Below are positions 17,961 through 25,431 of a stretch of 34,146 nucleotides of DNA, one piece after another. Below the pieces are notes generated by a model, which searched no databases, was not told the DNA's origin, and saw only the letters and a program-made list of their open reading frames with translations. The DNA comes from Planctomycetales bacterium. GTDB taxonomy: Bacteria; Planctomycetota; Planctomycetia; Pirellulales; Pirellulaceae. Made by a program: the position numbers and the translations under genes. The DNA lies in contig JAGQPF010000123.1 in assembly GCA_020426845.1 (NCBI GenBank), positions 1 through 34,146 on the forward strand. The letters are read 5' to 3'. Numbering within the stretch: the stretch's first letter is position 1; each line of letters starts with the position of its first letter.

Positions 17961-18799
17961 TCTGCCCCATGACTCATCCCACTCTCGCCGCCACCATCAC
18001 GCTGGCTGCATTGATCTCCACGGGCTGCCGCCCCACGTCCCCAAGCCCCGTCGCCTCGCCGGCTAACAGCTGGCGAGTGGCCTGTTCGCCGCAGCTGACC
18101 GACACACGGCATGTCGATGACTTGCCCGTCGAAGTGGCGCAGTTCGAGACCGTCTTCTGGGACGAAGCGGACACCCGCTCGCTCCGCGAGTTGCTCCGGC
18201 AGACGGGATGTCGCGGCGAAAGCGTGCTGGAGATCGGCGTCGGCACGGGCCTGTTGTCGCTGTGCTGCCTTCAGGCCGGCGCCGGCGCCGTCATTGGCAC
18301 CGACATCAACCCCAACGCGCTTTGCAACGCGGCTTACAACGCCGAGCGGATTCTGGGGCTGCCGATGTCCCAACCCTCGACGAGGTGGTCAGCAAGGTCG
18401 CCGGGGGCGGATGTCGCTCCGCGACTCCAGCTACGGTGGGTCTCTCGCGACGATCCGGAAGCGTTTGCGGTCATCGAGCCCAGCGAAAAGTTCGACTTGA
18501 TTGTCTCCAACCCCCCGTGGGAAGATGGAAAGCCACAACAGTGGGCCGACTACGCGTTCTACGACGAGGACTTCCGCTTGCTTGACTCGCTGTTGGCGGG
18601 GCTGCCAAGTCGGCTGAACCGCGGCGGGCGTTGCCTGTTGGCCTACGGTTGCGTGACTGCGGTCCGCACCGCGCTGGAGCGTGCGCCTCGATATGGCCTG
18701 CGCGCCGAAATTCGAGACGACCGGGACCTCAATTCGCTGCCGGAAATTTTTACCCCCGGGATGCTGATTGAGGTTCGCCTGACGGGCAGCCGGGAATGA
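17957..18799 (+). CDS. class I SAM-dependent methyltransferase (HemK/PrmC-like, NPPW motif) with a hydrophobic N-terminal segment
   Basis: The SAM-binding motif is VLEIGVGTGLLS and the substrate motif is VSNPPW. The N-terminus MICPMTHPTLAATITLAALISTGC is hydrophobic. The listed ORF 17369..18799 is an upstream extension in the same frame that overlaps holA. Confidence 0.7.
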   Translation: MICPMTHPTLAATITLAALISTGCRPTSPSPVASPANSWRVACSPQLTDTRHVDDLPVEVAQFETVFWDEADTRSLRELLRQTGCRGESVLEIGVGTGLLSLCCLQAGAGAVIGTDINPNALCNAAYNAERILGLPMSQPSTRWSARSPGADVAPRLQLRWVSRDDPEAFAVIEPSEKFDLIVSNPPWEDGKPQQWADYAFYDEDFRLLDSLLAGLPSRLNRGGRCLLAYGCVTAVRTALERAPRYGLRAEIRDDRDLNSLPEIFTPGMLIEVRLTGSRE

Positions 18800-18808
18800 G
18801 GATGGAAC

Positions 18809-18837
18809 TTGACCTCTCGGACGGTCAATTCTAAAAA
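18809..18837 (+). promoter_or_regulatory. sigma70-like promoter (TTGACC, 17-bp spacer, TAAAAA) for the small Lys-rich protein gene
   Basis: The sequence is aacTTGACCtctcggacggtcaattcTAAAAAcg, in an AT-rich intergenic stretch after the methyltransferase gene. Confidence 0.4.
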
Positions 18838-18922
18838 CGAAAGACATTGTAAAATCGACTATTCGGCGTCGACGTTGGTCGCGACCCGAACACTATTTCC
18901 AATTTGGTGAGGAAGAGTAGCC

Positions 18923-19090
18923 GTGAGTATTATCCGCGTTGGATCGAACGAAAAATATGCCGAAGGTTGGGACAAGGCATTCGGCGGAGCTTCGTCCACA
19001 GGCAAAAAGAAGAAGGCGACCGAGAAGAAGTCAGCCGCGGCGTCCGGCGCGAAAAAGGCCAAGAAGAAAAAGAAAAAGAAGAAGGCGTAA
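18923..19090 (+). CDS. small basic protein (55 aa) with a poly-Lys tail, absent from the ORF track because of its size
   Basis: A GAGGAAGAG RBS lies 7 nt before the GTG. The product is MSIIRVGSNEKYAEGWDKAFGGASSTGKKKKATEKKSAAASGAKKAKKKKKKKKA. Its codon usage is better than the overlapping listed ORF 18904..19128, which uses ata/agg/cga codons. Confidence 0.55.
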   Translation: MSIIRVGSNEKYAEGWDKAFGGASSTGKKKKATEKKSAAASGAKKAKKKKKKKKA

Positions 19091-19126
19091 GCCGAGCGGC
19101 GACAAGTAACAGCGACGCAAAAAGTT

Positions 19127-19155
19127 GAGCCCGGCCGTGGGGAACGACCGGGCTC
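19127..19155 (+). terminator. GC-rich hairpin terminator candidate after the small-protein gene
   Basis: The hairpin gagcccggcc-gtggggaac-gaccgggctc sits 37 nt after the TAA. There is no U-tract. Confidence 0.35.
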
Positions 19156-19397
19156 GCGACGTGCAATGCATCCCCTCCAATCAGGCAGACTAGCGAGCGG
19201 GCCGATGCTCGATGCCGTTTCGGAAGGGACGGGGGTGAGGATTTCCGCGGCTGTCAAACCGCACCTATAGGATCGACCTGCGCGCAGAGAATAAGCAAGA
19301 TTTCCGCACCCCACGCCAAACCTTGCACACTCGTCAAAACCTCGCCCGCGCGCCCGGCTTGATCAATCCATACAGTTTCACACCGGGACTCGGGTCC

Positions 19398-21614
19398 ATG
19401 ATCCTCGCGCGCTGGCTGTCCTTGGCTCTCCTTCTTGCCTTCGTCGCCGAGTGTGGCGCCGAAGTGGGGCAGAAGATCGACGACTTTGAACTGCGGGACT
19501 TTCGGGGCAAGACGTGGTCGTTGCGAGAGTCGGGCGACCGCACCATCGTGCTGGCGTTTCTCGGCACCGAATGCCCGCTGGTGCAGTTCTACGCCAAACG
19601 GCTCGAAGAATTGCAAGCCGAGTACGCGGAGCGAGGCGTCGTGGTGGTTGGCATCGACTCCAACCTGCAGGACTCGTTGGCCGAGCTGGCGTCGTTCGCG
19701 CGCCGCCACGATCTCACCTACCCGCTGCTCAAGGACCCCGGCAACCGCGTGGCCGATCAGTTGGGCGCCGAGCGCACGCCCGAAGTGTTTCTGCTCGATC
19801 GTCAACGACACGTTCGCTATCGCGGGCGAATCGACGATCAGTACACCTACGGCATCGCTCGCACCAAGCCCACTCAGCGTTATCTGCGCGACGCGATCGA
19901 AGCCTTGCTCGGCAACCGCCCGGTGGCCTTGGCGGAAACCGAGACCGTGGGCTGTCACATCGGTCGTGTGCTGACGCCGCAAACCGACAGTGACGTCACC
20001 TACTCGAATCAGATCGCCCGCATCTTTCAGCAGCGGTGCGTCGAATGCCACCGCCCCGGCGAGATCGCTCCGTTCCCGCTGACCACTTACGAGGAGACTT
20101 TGGGCTGGGCCGAGATGATCGACGAGGTCACCTCCGAGCGACGCATGCCGCCATGGCACGCCGAGCCGGGTCATCAACAATATGCCAACGACGCCCACTT
20201 GAGCGACGAGGAGCTCCGGACCATTCGAAAATGGGTCGCCGCCGGCGCTCCCGAAGGCGATCCCAAGGAGCTGCCTCAGCCAGTTCAATTCACCGAAGGC
20301 TGGCGAATCGGCGAGCCCGATCGCATCGTTTGGATGTCGGAGAAGTCGTTTTCCGTGCCGGCCGAGGGAGAGGTCAAGTACCAATACTTCACGGTCGACC
20401 CGAAGTTCGAAACCGACATGTGGGTGCAGGCGGCGGAATGCCGACCGGGCAATCGAGCGGTCGTGCATCACATTATCGTCGGCATCAAATCCCCGAATGA
20501 GGATCAAGACGGCGTGCACGGCGTTCGCTCGGAATGGCTCGCTGCCACCGCGCCGGGCGCCCAGCCGATGATTTTGCCATCAGGACAAGCGAAGCTCATT
20601 CCTGCCCGATCGAAGCTCGTCTTTCAAATGCACTACACGCCCAACGGCACCAAGCAGACCGATCGCAGTTCCATCGGCTTGCGTTTCATCGAGGCGTCAG
20701 CGGTGAAACATCGCGTGGCCACCCACAAGGCGATCAACACCCGATTCCGCATTCCCCCGCACGCGGCAAATCACAAGGAAACCACTCGGCCGTACACTTT
20801 CGGCTCCGCCGGCTACTTGGTGTCGATGTTTCCCCACATGCATCTACGCGGCAAGTCGTTCACTTATGTGGCCCACTTCCCCGATGGACGCCCCGATCAA
20901 ACTCTGCTGCATGTGCCGCGCTATGACTTCAATTGGCAGAACGGCTACCTGTTGAAAGAGCCGATGCTGATGCCCAAAGGGACTCAGATCGTCTGTGACG
21001 CGGTCTTCGACAACTCGGAGGACAACCTGGCCAATCCCGATCCCAAACAGACCGTGAGCTGGGGAGACCAGACCGACGAGGAGATGATGATCGGCTACTT
21101 CGACATCTACGACGCGGAAGACGCCAGCCGCACCCAAGAGTTCATCGGCCGACTCGACCAACTCCAGCGGAAGTCGCTCGCCGACGCAGCTCGCGGTTCG
21201 TTGCATGCCGAGCGACAATTCACGCGCTTTGCCCAACAGCTTCGACTGGCCATGCCACAGGTCGATCGCGTCGATTGGACCGTCCATGAACAGCGCAAGT
21301 TGAAGGTGCTGCTGGTGGCCCAAGACGCCTCCACCAGGCGAACGCTGCTCGGGCAATTGGTCACCAGCGACGCCGAGATGGCGTTGCCGACCGTGGCAAG
21401 CCAAACCGAGCCGGTGGTGCACGCGAACCTTGCCAGCGTTCCCGGCAAGGACTTTGCGCACATGCGCAGACTGATGGCCTCCAGCGCGCATTTCCCGATC
21501 GAGTTGGATGGCAAGCGTGGCGTGATCAGCTTCTGGAGCACGGAGCGCAACGCGTTTCCCGATTCGGCGGTGAAGCTGCTGCAAGAGCTGGCTCCGATCA
21601 TGGCGACTCCGTGA
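19398..21614 (+). CDS. secreted redox fusion protein: thioredoxin-fold (redoxin/AhpC-TSA-like, single Cys) + c-type cytochrome (CxxCH) + copper type-II ascorbate-dependent monooxygenase-like (PHM/DBH-like) domain + C-terminal extension
   Basis: The signal peptide is MILARWLSLALLLAFVAEC. Redox motifs include FLGTECPLV and the heme site CVECH. The His/Met ligand pattern is VVHHIIVG … QMHYTPNG … FPHMHLRG … DEEMMIGYF, with spacings like the PHM CuH/CuM sites. The stop overlaps the mug start (GTGA). Confidence 0.8.
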   Translation: MILARWLSLALLLAFVAECGAEVGQKIDDFELRDFRGKTWSLRESGDRTIVLAFLGTECPLVQFYAKRLEELQAEYAERGVVVVGIDSNLQDSLAELASFARRHDLTYPLLKDPGNRVADQLGAERTPEVFLLDRQRHVRYRGRIDDQYTYGIARTKPTQRYLRDAIEALLGNRPVALAETETVGCHIGRVLTPQTDSDVTYSNQIARIFQQRCVECHRPGEIAPFPLTTYEETLGWAEMIDEVTSERRMPPWHAEPGHQQYANDAHLSDEELRTIRKWVAAGAPEGDPKELPQPVQFTEGWRIGEPDRIVWMSEKSFSVPAEGEVKYQYFTVDPKFETDMWVQAAECRPGNRAVVHHIIVGIKSPNEDQDGVHGVRSEWLAATAPGAQPMILPSGQAKLIPARSKLVFQMHYTPNGTKQTDRSSIGLRFIEASAVKHRVATHKAINTRFRIPPHAANHKETTRPYTFGSAGYLVSMFPHMHLRGKSFTYVAHFPDGRPDQTLLHVPRYDFNWQNGYLLKEPMLMPKGTQIVCDAVFDNSEDNLANPDPKQTVSWGDQTDEEMMIGYFDIYDAEDASRTQEFIGRLDQLQRKSLADAARGSLHAERQFTRFAQQLRLAMPQVDRVDWTVHEQRKLKVLLVAQDASTRRTLLGQLVTSDAEMALPTVASQTEPVVHANLASVPGKDFAHMRRLMASSAHFPIELDGKRGVISFWSTERNAFPDSAVKLLQELAPIMATP

Positions 21615-22228
21615 GAGCCGTCGCGTCACGCCGGCCGACTCGCGCCGAACTCGAAGCGGCTCGGGACAAGCTGGTTCCCGACGTGATTGCGGACGATCTC
21701 GAGTTGCTGTTTGTCGGCATCAACCCCAGCTTGTATTCCGCCGCGCTCGGTCAACACTTCGCCCGCCCCGGCAATCGATTCTGGCCCGCGTTGCACGGAG
21801 CCGGCTTCACACCGCGACTCTGGTCGCCCCCCGAGCAAGCGAATCTGGTGGAGCAGGGCATCGGGATCACGAACGTGGTTGCACGAGCCACCGCGCGAGC
21901 CGATGAGCTATCCCGCGACGAACTTGTGCAAGGCATGCAGCGTCTGACGGCGCTGGCAGAACAACATCGAATCGTGCACATCGCGTTTCTGGGCATCACG
22001 GCATATCGCACCGGGTGCGACCGCCAACAGGCCGTCATCGGGCCGCAGGCAGAGCGTATCGGCAACGCCGCCGTCAGTGTGCTGCCCAATCCCAGCGGGC
22101 TCAACGCCCATTATCAGCTGGCCGATCATATCGCGTTGCTCAAGGCGCTTCGACAGCGGATCCGAGGCTCGAGGGCGCGAGCCTGTGGAGTCGCATGCAC
22201 AGGCCCCGCCAAGGGCGACAGACGGTAG
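21611..22228 (+). CDS. mug: G/U mismatch-specific uracil-DNA glycosylase (Mug/TDG, UDG family 2)
   Basis: LLFVGINPSLYSAALGQHFARPGNRFW matches the Mug active-site region (GINPG…PANRFW), and NPSGLN lies near the C-terminus. It is a GTG start. The last approximately 12 codons run into the repeat array, so the stop is uncertain. Confidence 0.75.
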   Translation: MRAVASRRPTRAELEAARDKLVPDVIADDLELLFVGINPSLYSAALGQHFARPGNRFWPALHGAGFTPRLWSPPEQANLVEQGIGITNVVARATARADELSRDELVQGMQRLTALAEQHRIVHIAFLGITAYRTGCDRQQAVIGPQAERIGNAAVSVLPNPSGLNAHYQLADHIALLKALRQRIRGSRARACGVACTGPAKGDRR

Positions 22229-22690
22229 CCCCAGGCGCAAGCCGGCGCAAGCCCGTGGAGTGGCGCGGGCCGCGCGCAAAAAGCCCCGGAGGGCCGGAGG
22301 GGCGACAGACGGTAGCCGTGGGCGCAAGCCGGCGCAAGCCCAGGGAATGAGGCGCGGGCCGCGCGCAAAAAGCCCCGGAGGGGCGACAGACGGTAGCCTT
22401 GGGCGCAAGCCCAAGGAATGAGGCGCGGGCCGCGCGCAAAAAGCCCAGGAGGGGCGACAGACGTTTGCCCTGGGCGCGAGCCGGCGCAAGCCCAGGGAAT
22501 GAGGCCCGGGCCGCGCGCAAAAAGCCCCGGAGGGGCGACAGACGGTAGCCTTGGGCGCAAGCCCAAGGAATGAGGCGCGGGCCGCGCGCAAAAAGCCCCG
22601 GAGGGGCGACAGACGGTAGCCCTGGGCGTAAGCCGGCGTAAGCCCAGGGAATGAGGCGCGCAAGCCGCGCAGCGCCGGCGGCTCGCGCGG
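22170..22690. repeat. Family-C tandem array, orientation 1: about 6 copies of a 66-78-bp unit (GCGCGGGCCGCGCGCAAAAAGCCCCGGAGGGGCGACAGACGGTAGCCnnGGGCGCAAGCC[GGCGCAAGCC]CAGGGAATGAG)
   Basis: The repetition is visible in the sequence. Each unit holds two palindromes (gcgcgg-g-ccgcgc; gcccc-gga-ggggc) flanked by an A5 run, which reads as a hairpin + U5 on the minus strand. Peptides repeat in the shadow ORFs on both strands. Confidence 0.9.
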
Positions 22691-22735
22691 TTCAATGAAC
22701 ACGTCGCCCCGCAAGGCAGAGCCAACTCGCACAAC

Positions 22736-23000
22736 TCCACGGGCTTGCGCCCGTGGCTACCTTCTGTCGCCCCTTGCGGGGCTGGTGCGCGTGGTGTGCG
22801 CGACTCCACGGGCTTGCGCCCGTGGCTACCTTCTGTCGCCCCTTGCGGGGCTGGTGCGCGTGGCGTGCGCGACTCCACGGGCTTGCGCCCGTGGCTACCT
22901 TCTGTCGCCCCTTGCGGGGCCTGGTGCGCGTGGTGTGCGCGACTCCACGGGCTTACGCCCGTGGCTACCTTCTGTCGCCCCTTGCGGGGCCGGTGCGCAT
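22736..23000. repeat. Family-C tandem array, inverted orientation: 4 copies of a 69-bp unit (CACGGGCTTGCGCCCGTGGCTACCTTCTGTCGCCCCTTGCGGGGCTGGTGCGCGTGGTGTGCGCGACTC)
   Basis: The units are roughly the reverse complement of those in 22170-22690 and lie about 45 bp from them. This creates an approximately 800-bp quasi-palindromic region between mug and the propeller gene. Confidence 0.9.
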
Positions 23001-23083
23001 CGTTGCTACTGACTTGCATCCGCCGCAGGCTCGGCGGAAAATACAAATCCAAGCAATTTCCCTCCATTCGCTCAGGCCTACCC

Positions 23084-24307
23084 ATGTCGCGACGCGCACT
23101 CTTTGCCACCTCACTTGCCCTGCTGGCGTCCGGTCTCCTTCATTCCTCACACGTCAGTGGCGAGCAGCCGTGGACGCAGTGGCGTGGCCCGCATGGCGAC
23201 GGGCACTCGGACGCCCCGGCGCTGCTTCGTTGGAATGACGAGAACGTGACCTGGAAGACGGCATTGCCGGGGCTCGGCCAATCGTCGCCGGTCGTTTGGG
23301 GCGACCGTATCTTCTTGACCGGCGCCGAGAACGATGGCGCCAAGCGGATCGTGTTCTGCGTCTCGCGGAAAAACGGCAAACTGCTCTGGCAGCAGACCGC
23401 CTGGACGGGCGACGCGGAGAAGACGCACCAGATGAATCGTTGGGCGTCCGCGACGTGCGCCACCGACGGCGAGCGGGTCGTGGCCTTCTTTGGCCGCGGC
23501 GGGCTGCACTGTTATTCGATGGACGGCACGCGGCTCTGGTCGCGCGAGCTGGGCGATTTTGAAAACGTCTGGGGCACTGCCGCGTCGCCGATCATCGCGG
23601 GCGAGCTCGTGATTCAAAATTGTGACGCCGAGGACAGCGGGTCATGCCTGGTCGCCCTGAACAAGGAGACGGGGGCCGAGGTGTGGCGCACGGCCCGCGA
23701 GCAACTGCGTGGCTGGTCAACGCCGGTCGTGGTGGCCAACGGTGACAAGCAAGAGCTGGTGCTCAACGGCGAGACCGGAGTGTTTGGCTACGACTTGGCC
23801 AGCGGCGCCCAACTCTGGTTCAGCAAGGGCGACACCGGCCGCGGCACCCCCACCGTGACGCCGACGGGCGACGGGCTGCTGGTCGTCGTCAACGGACGGC
23901 CTGGCGACATGTTCGCCGTGCAAGCGGACGGCAAGGAAGTCTGGCGGACCAAGCGCAAAGGCGGCCGCGACTTGCCCTCGCCGATCGTGCTCGACGGCCA
24001 GGTGATCGTCGTCAGCTTGCGCCCCGGCACCGCGACCAGCTACATCGCCTCCAGTGGCAAGGAGACCGCTCGGCTGCGGCTGGACGGCAGCTTCTCCGCG
24101 TCGCCGATCGCCGTCTCGGGACACGCGATCATCCCCAACGAAGATGGCTTGGTCTATGTGCTCAAGGCCGGCGACCAGGGCGTGGAGGTGGTTTCGAAGA
24201 ACAAGATCACCTTGCGAGCGGAAAACGAGATCTTCCGCGCTTGCGTGACGCCGCTGGAGGACGGACTGCTGCTGCGGTCCGACCAGACGCTGTACCTGAT
24301 CCAGTAA
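23084..24307 (+). CDS. secreted PQQ-like beta-propeller repeat protein (BamB-like fold)
   Basis: The signal peptide is MSRRALFATSLALLASGLL. Repeated …DG.(L/V)W… blades (GKLLWQQT, GTRLWSREL, GAEVWRT, GAQLWFS, GKEVWRT) are present. The listed 520-aa ORF is over-extended through the repeat array. Confidence 0.8.
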   Translation: MSRRALFATSLALLASGLLHSSHVSGEQPWTQWRGPHGDGHSDAPALLRWNDENVTWKTALPGLGQSSPVVWGDRIFLTGAENDGAKRIVFCVSRKNGKLLWQQTAWTGDAEKTHQMNRWASATCATDGERVVAFFGRGGLHCYSMDGTRLWSRELGDFENVWGTAASPIIAGELVIQNCDAEDSGSCLVALNKETGAEVWRTAREQLRGWSTPVVVANGDKQELVLNGETGVFGYDLASGAQLWFSKGDTGRGTPTVTPTGDGLLVVVNGRPGDMFAVQADGKEVWRTKRKGGRDLPSPIVLDGQVIVVSLRPGTATSYIASSGKETARLRLDGSFSASPIAVSGHAIIPNEDGLVYVLKAGDQGVEVVSKNKITLRAENEIFRACVTPLEDGLLLRSDQTLYLIQ

Positions 24308-24319
24308 GGTGACTGCAAC

Positions 24320-24775
24320 ATGTCACGACCTGCCCCCGAGCCGGTGGACGTCAGCCGCCTGCGCGAGCTTGCTTCGGCGGTCGTCGCGGCCGACCGCTTT
24401 CCCATGCTGGCCACGATCGACGGCGACCAGCCGCGCGTGCGCCCGGTGTCGCCCGTGCGCACCGACGGCTTCACCGTGTACATCGCCAATCTCCGCAGCT
24501 ACCACAAGACGGGCGAGATCGCGGCCAACCCCAACGTCGAGCTGTGCTATCTCGACGACCGCCACGACCAAGTGCGAATCACCGGACGCGCCGAGCCGCT
24601 GACCGACCGACCGCTGCTCGAGCAGATCTGGGAGGACAACCCGCTGCTCCGCCAGTACCTCGGCTCGCTCGACAACCCCGAATTGATCGTCTACCGAGTC
24701 GAGCCCCTGGCGGTCCGATTCATGCGAGAGTGGGCGTTGGAGTATCTGGAAGTCCCCTTAAATATCGATCAGTAG
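24320..24775 (+). CDS. pyridoxamine 5'-phosphate oxidase-like FMN-binding split-barrel protein
   Basis: At 151 aa, …RVRPVSPVRTDGFTVYIANLRSYHKTGEIAANPNVELCY… has the PNPOx-family pattern. It lies 12 bp after the propeller gene, with an AAGGTGA RBS. Confidence 0.7.
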   Translation: MSRPAPEPVDVSRLRELASAVVAADRFPMLATIDGDQPRVRPVSPVRTDGFTVYIANLRSYHKTGEIAANPNVELCYLDDRHDQVRITGRAEPLTDRPLLEQIWEDNPLLRQYLGSLDNPELIVYRVEPLAVRFMREWALEYLEVPLNIDQ

Positions 24776-24842
24776 GGTGCAAGGCCTATAGAGCTTCGCC
24801 GGTTTTGACCCGATACCGATTCACTCCGGCGGGTTTTCGGTC

Positions 24843-25325
24843 ATGCCTAAACGATTTTCGATCTCCCAACTTCAACTTTGGATCTTGGCTGCGGCAGTAC
24901 TGGCAGCGATCCTCGTTGCACTTCCGTGTTCGCCACTGGCAGGCGCCGGAGCAGCCATCTTTGTCGCAATGTTTGGCACCGCCGATCTGCTTCTTCTTTC
25001 GATATCGTCCCAAAGCAAAGGGCTCGCCATTTCTTACACGGCGTTTTCCCTCTCCGTGTCACTTGTTGTGGCATTCCTGCTTTGCTTCCTCATGCCACCG
25101 AGCTTCGCTCCAACTGCTTCGAACCTCCTTGACGCTCTCGGCCATACTTTGACGTTTGTCTTGGGCTACTGGTTGTTTTTTTGCCTACTGACACTCGCAA
25201 GCTTCACTGCGGCCATTTGCAGTTGGAATCAGTCGAAGATCGCCAAGTGGCTCGTGCTGGCCAACACGCCCGGCATATTCTTGGCTGGGTGGTTGGTGGC
25301 CGTCGTTATCTACGAAAGTAGTTAG
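24843..25325 (+). CDS. hypothetical integral membrane protein (4 predicted TM helices) in a low-GC islet
   Basis: It is 160 aa with four hydrophobic stretches. Local GC is about 50-52%, against about 65% in the neighbours. Confidence 0.55.
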   Translation: MPKRFSISQLQLWILAAAVLAAILVALPCSPLAGAGAAIFVAMFGTADLLLLSISSQSKGLAISYTAFSLSVSLVVAFLLCFLMPPSFAPTASNLLDALGHTLTFVLGYWLFFCLLTLASFTAAICSWNQSKIAKWLVLANTPGIFLAGWLVAVVIYESS

Positions 25326-25431
25326 TCGGCCGCCGCTGGTTTGTACGTCAGGGCTAGGAGAGCAGTGAGTGCGTTTCATCGCTCCAGGGCTTGGGCATTG
25401 GAGTACTACGACGTGAAGCTCTGAGCCACAC

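Noticed and set aside
18904-19128. 74-aa + ORF overlapping the small Lys-rich gene
   Set aside because: The alternative frame (18923..19090) has a perfect RBS and better codon usage. This frame uses ata/agg/cga codons.
22170-23000. CRISPR array hypothesis for the repeat arrays
   Set aside because: The units are contiguous 66-78-bp repeats with no unique spacers of uniform length. The second block is inverted. No cas genes are nearby.
22126-23238. Multiple 100-330-aa ORFs on both strands across 22100-23240 (for example 22126..23109 minus, 22753..23238 plus)
   Set aside because: Their peptides are periodic, which means they simply translate the tandem repeat arrays. They also lack RBSs and homology.
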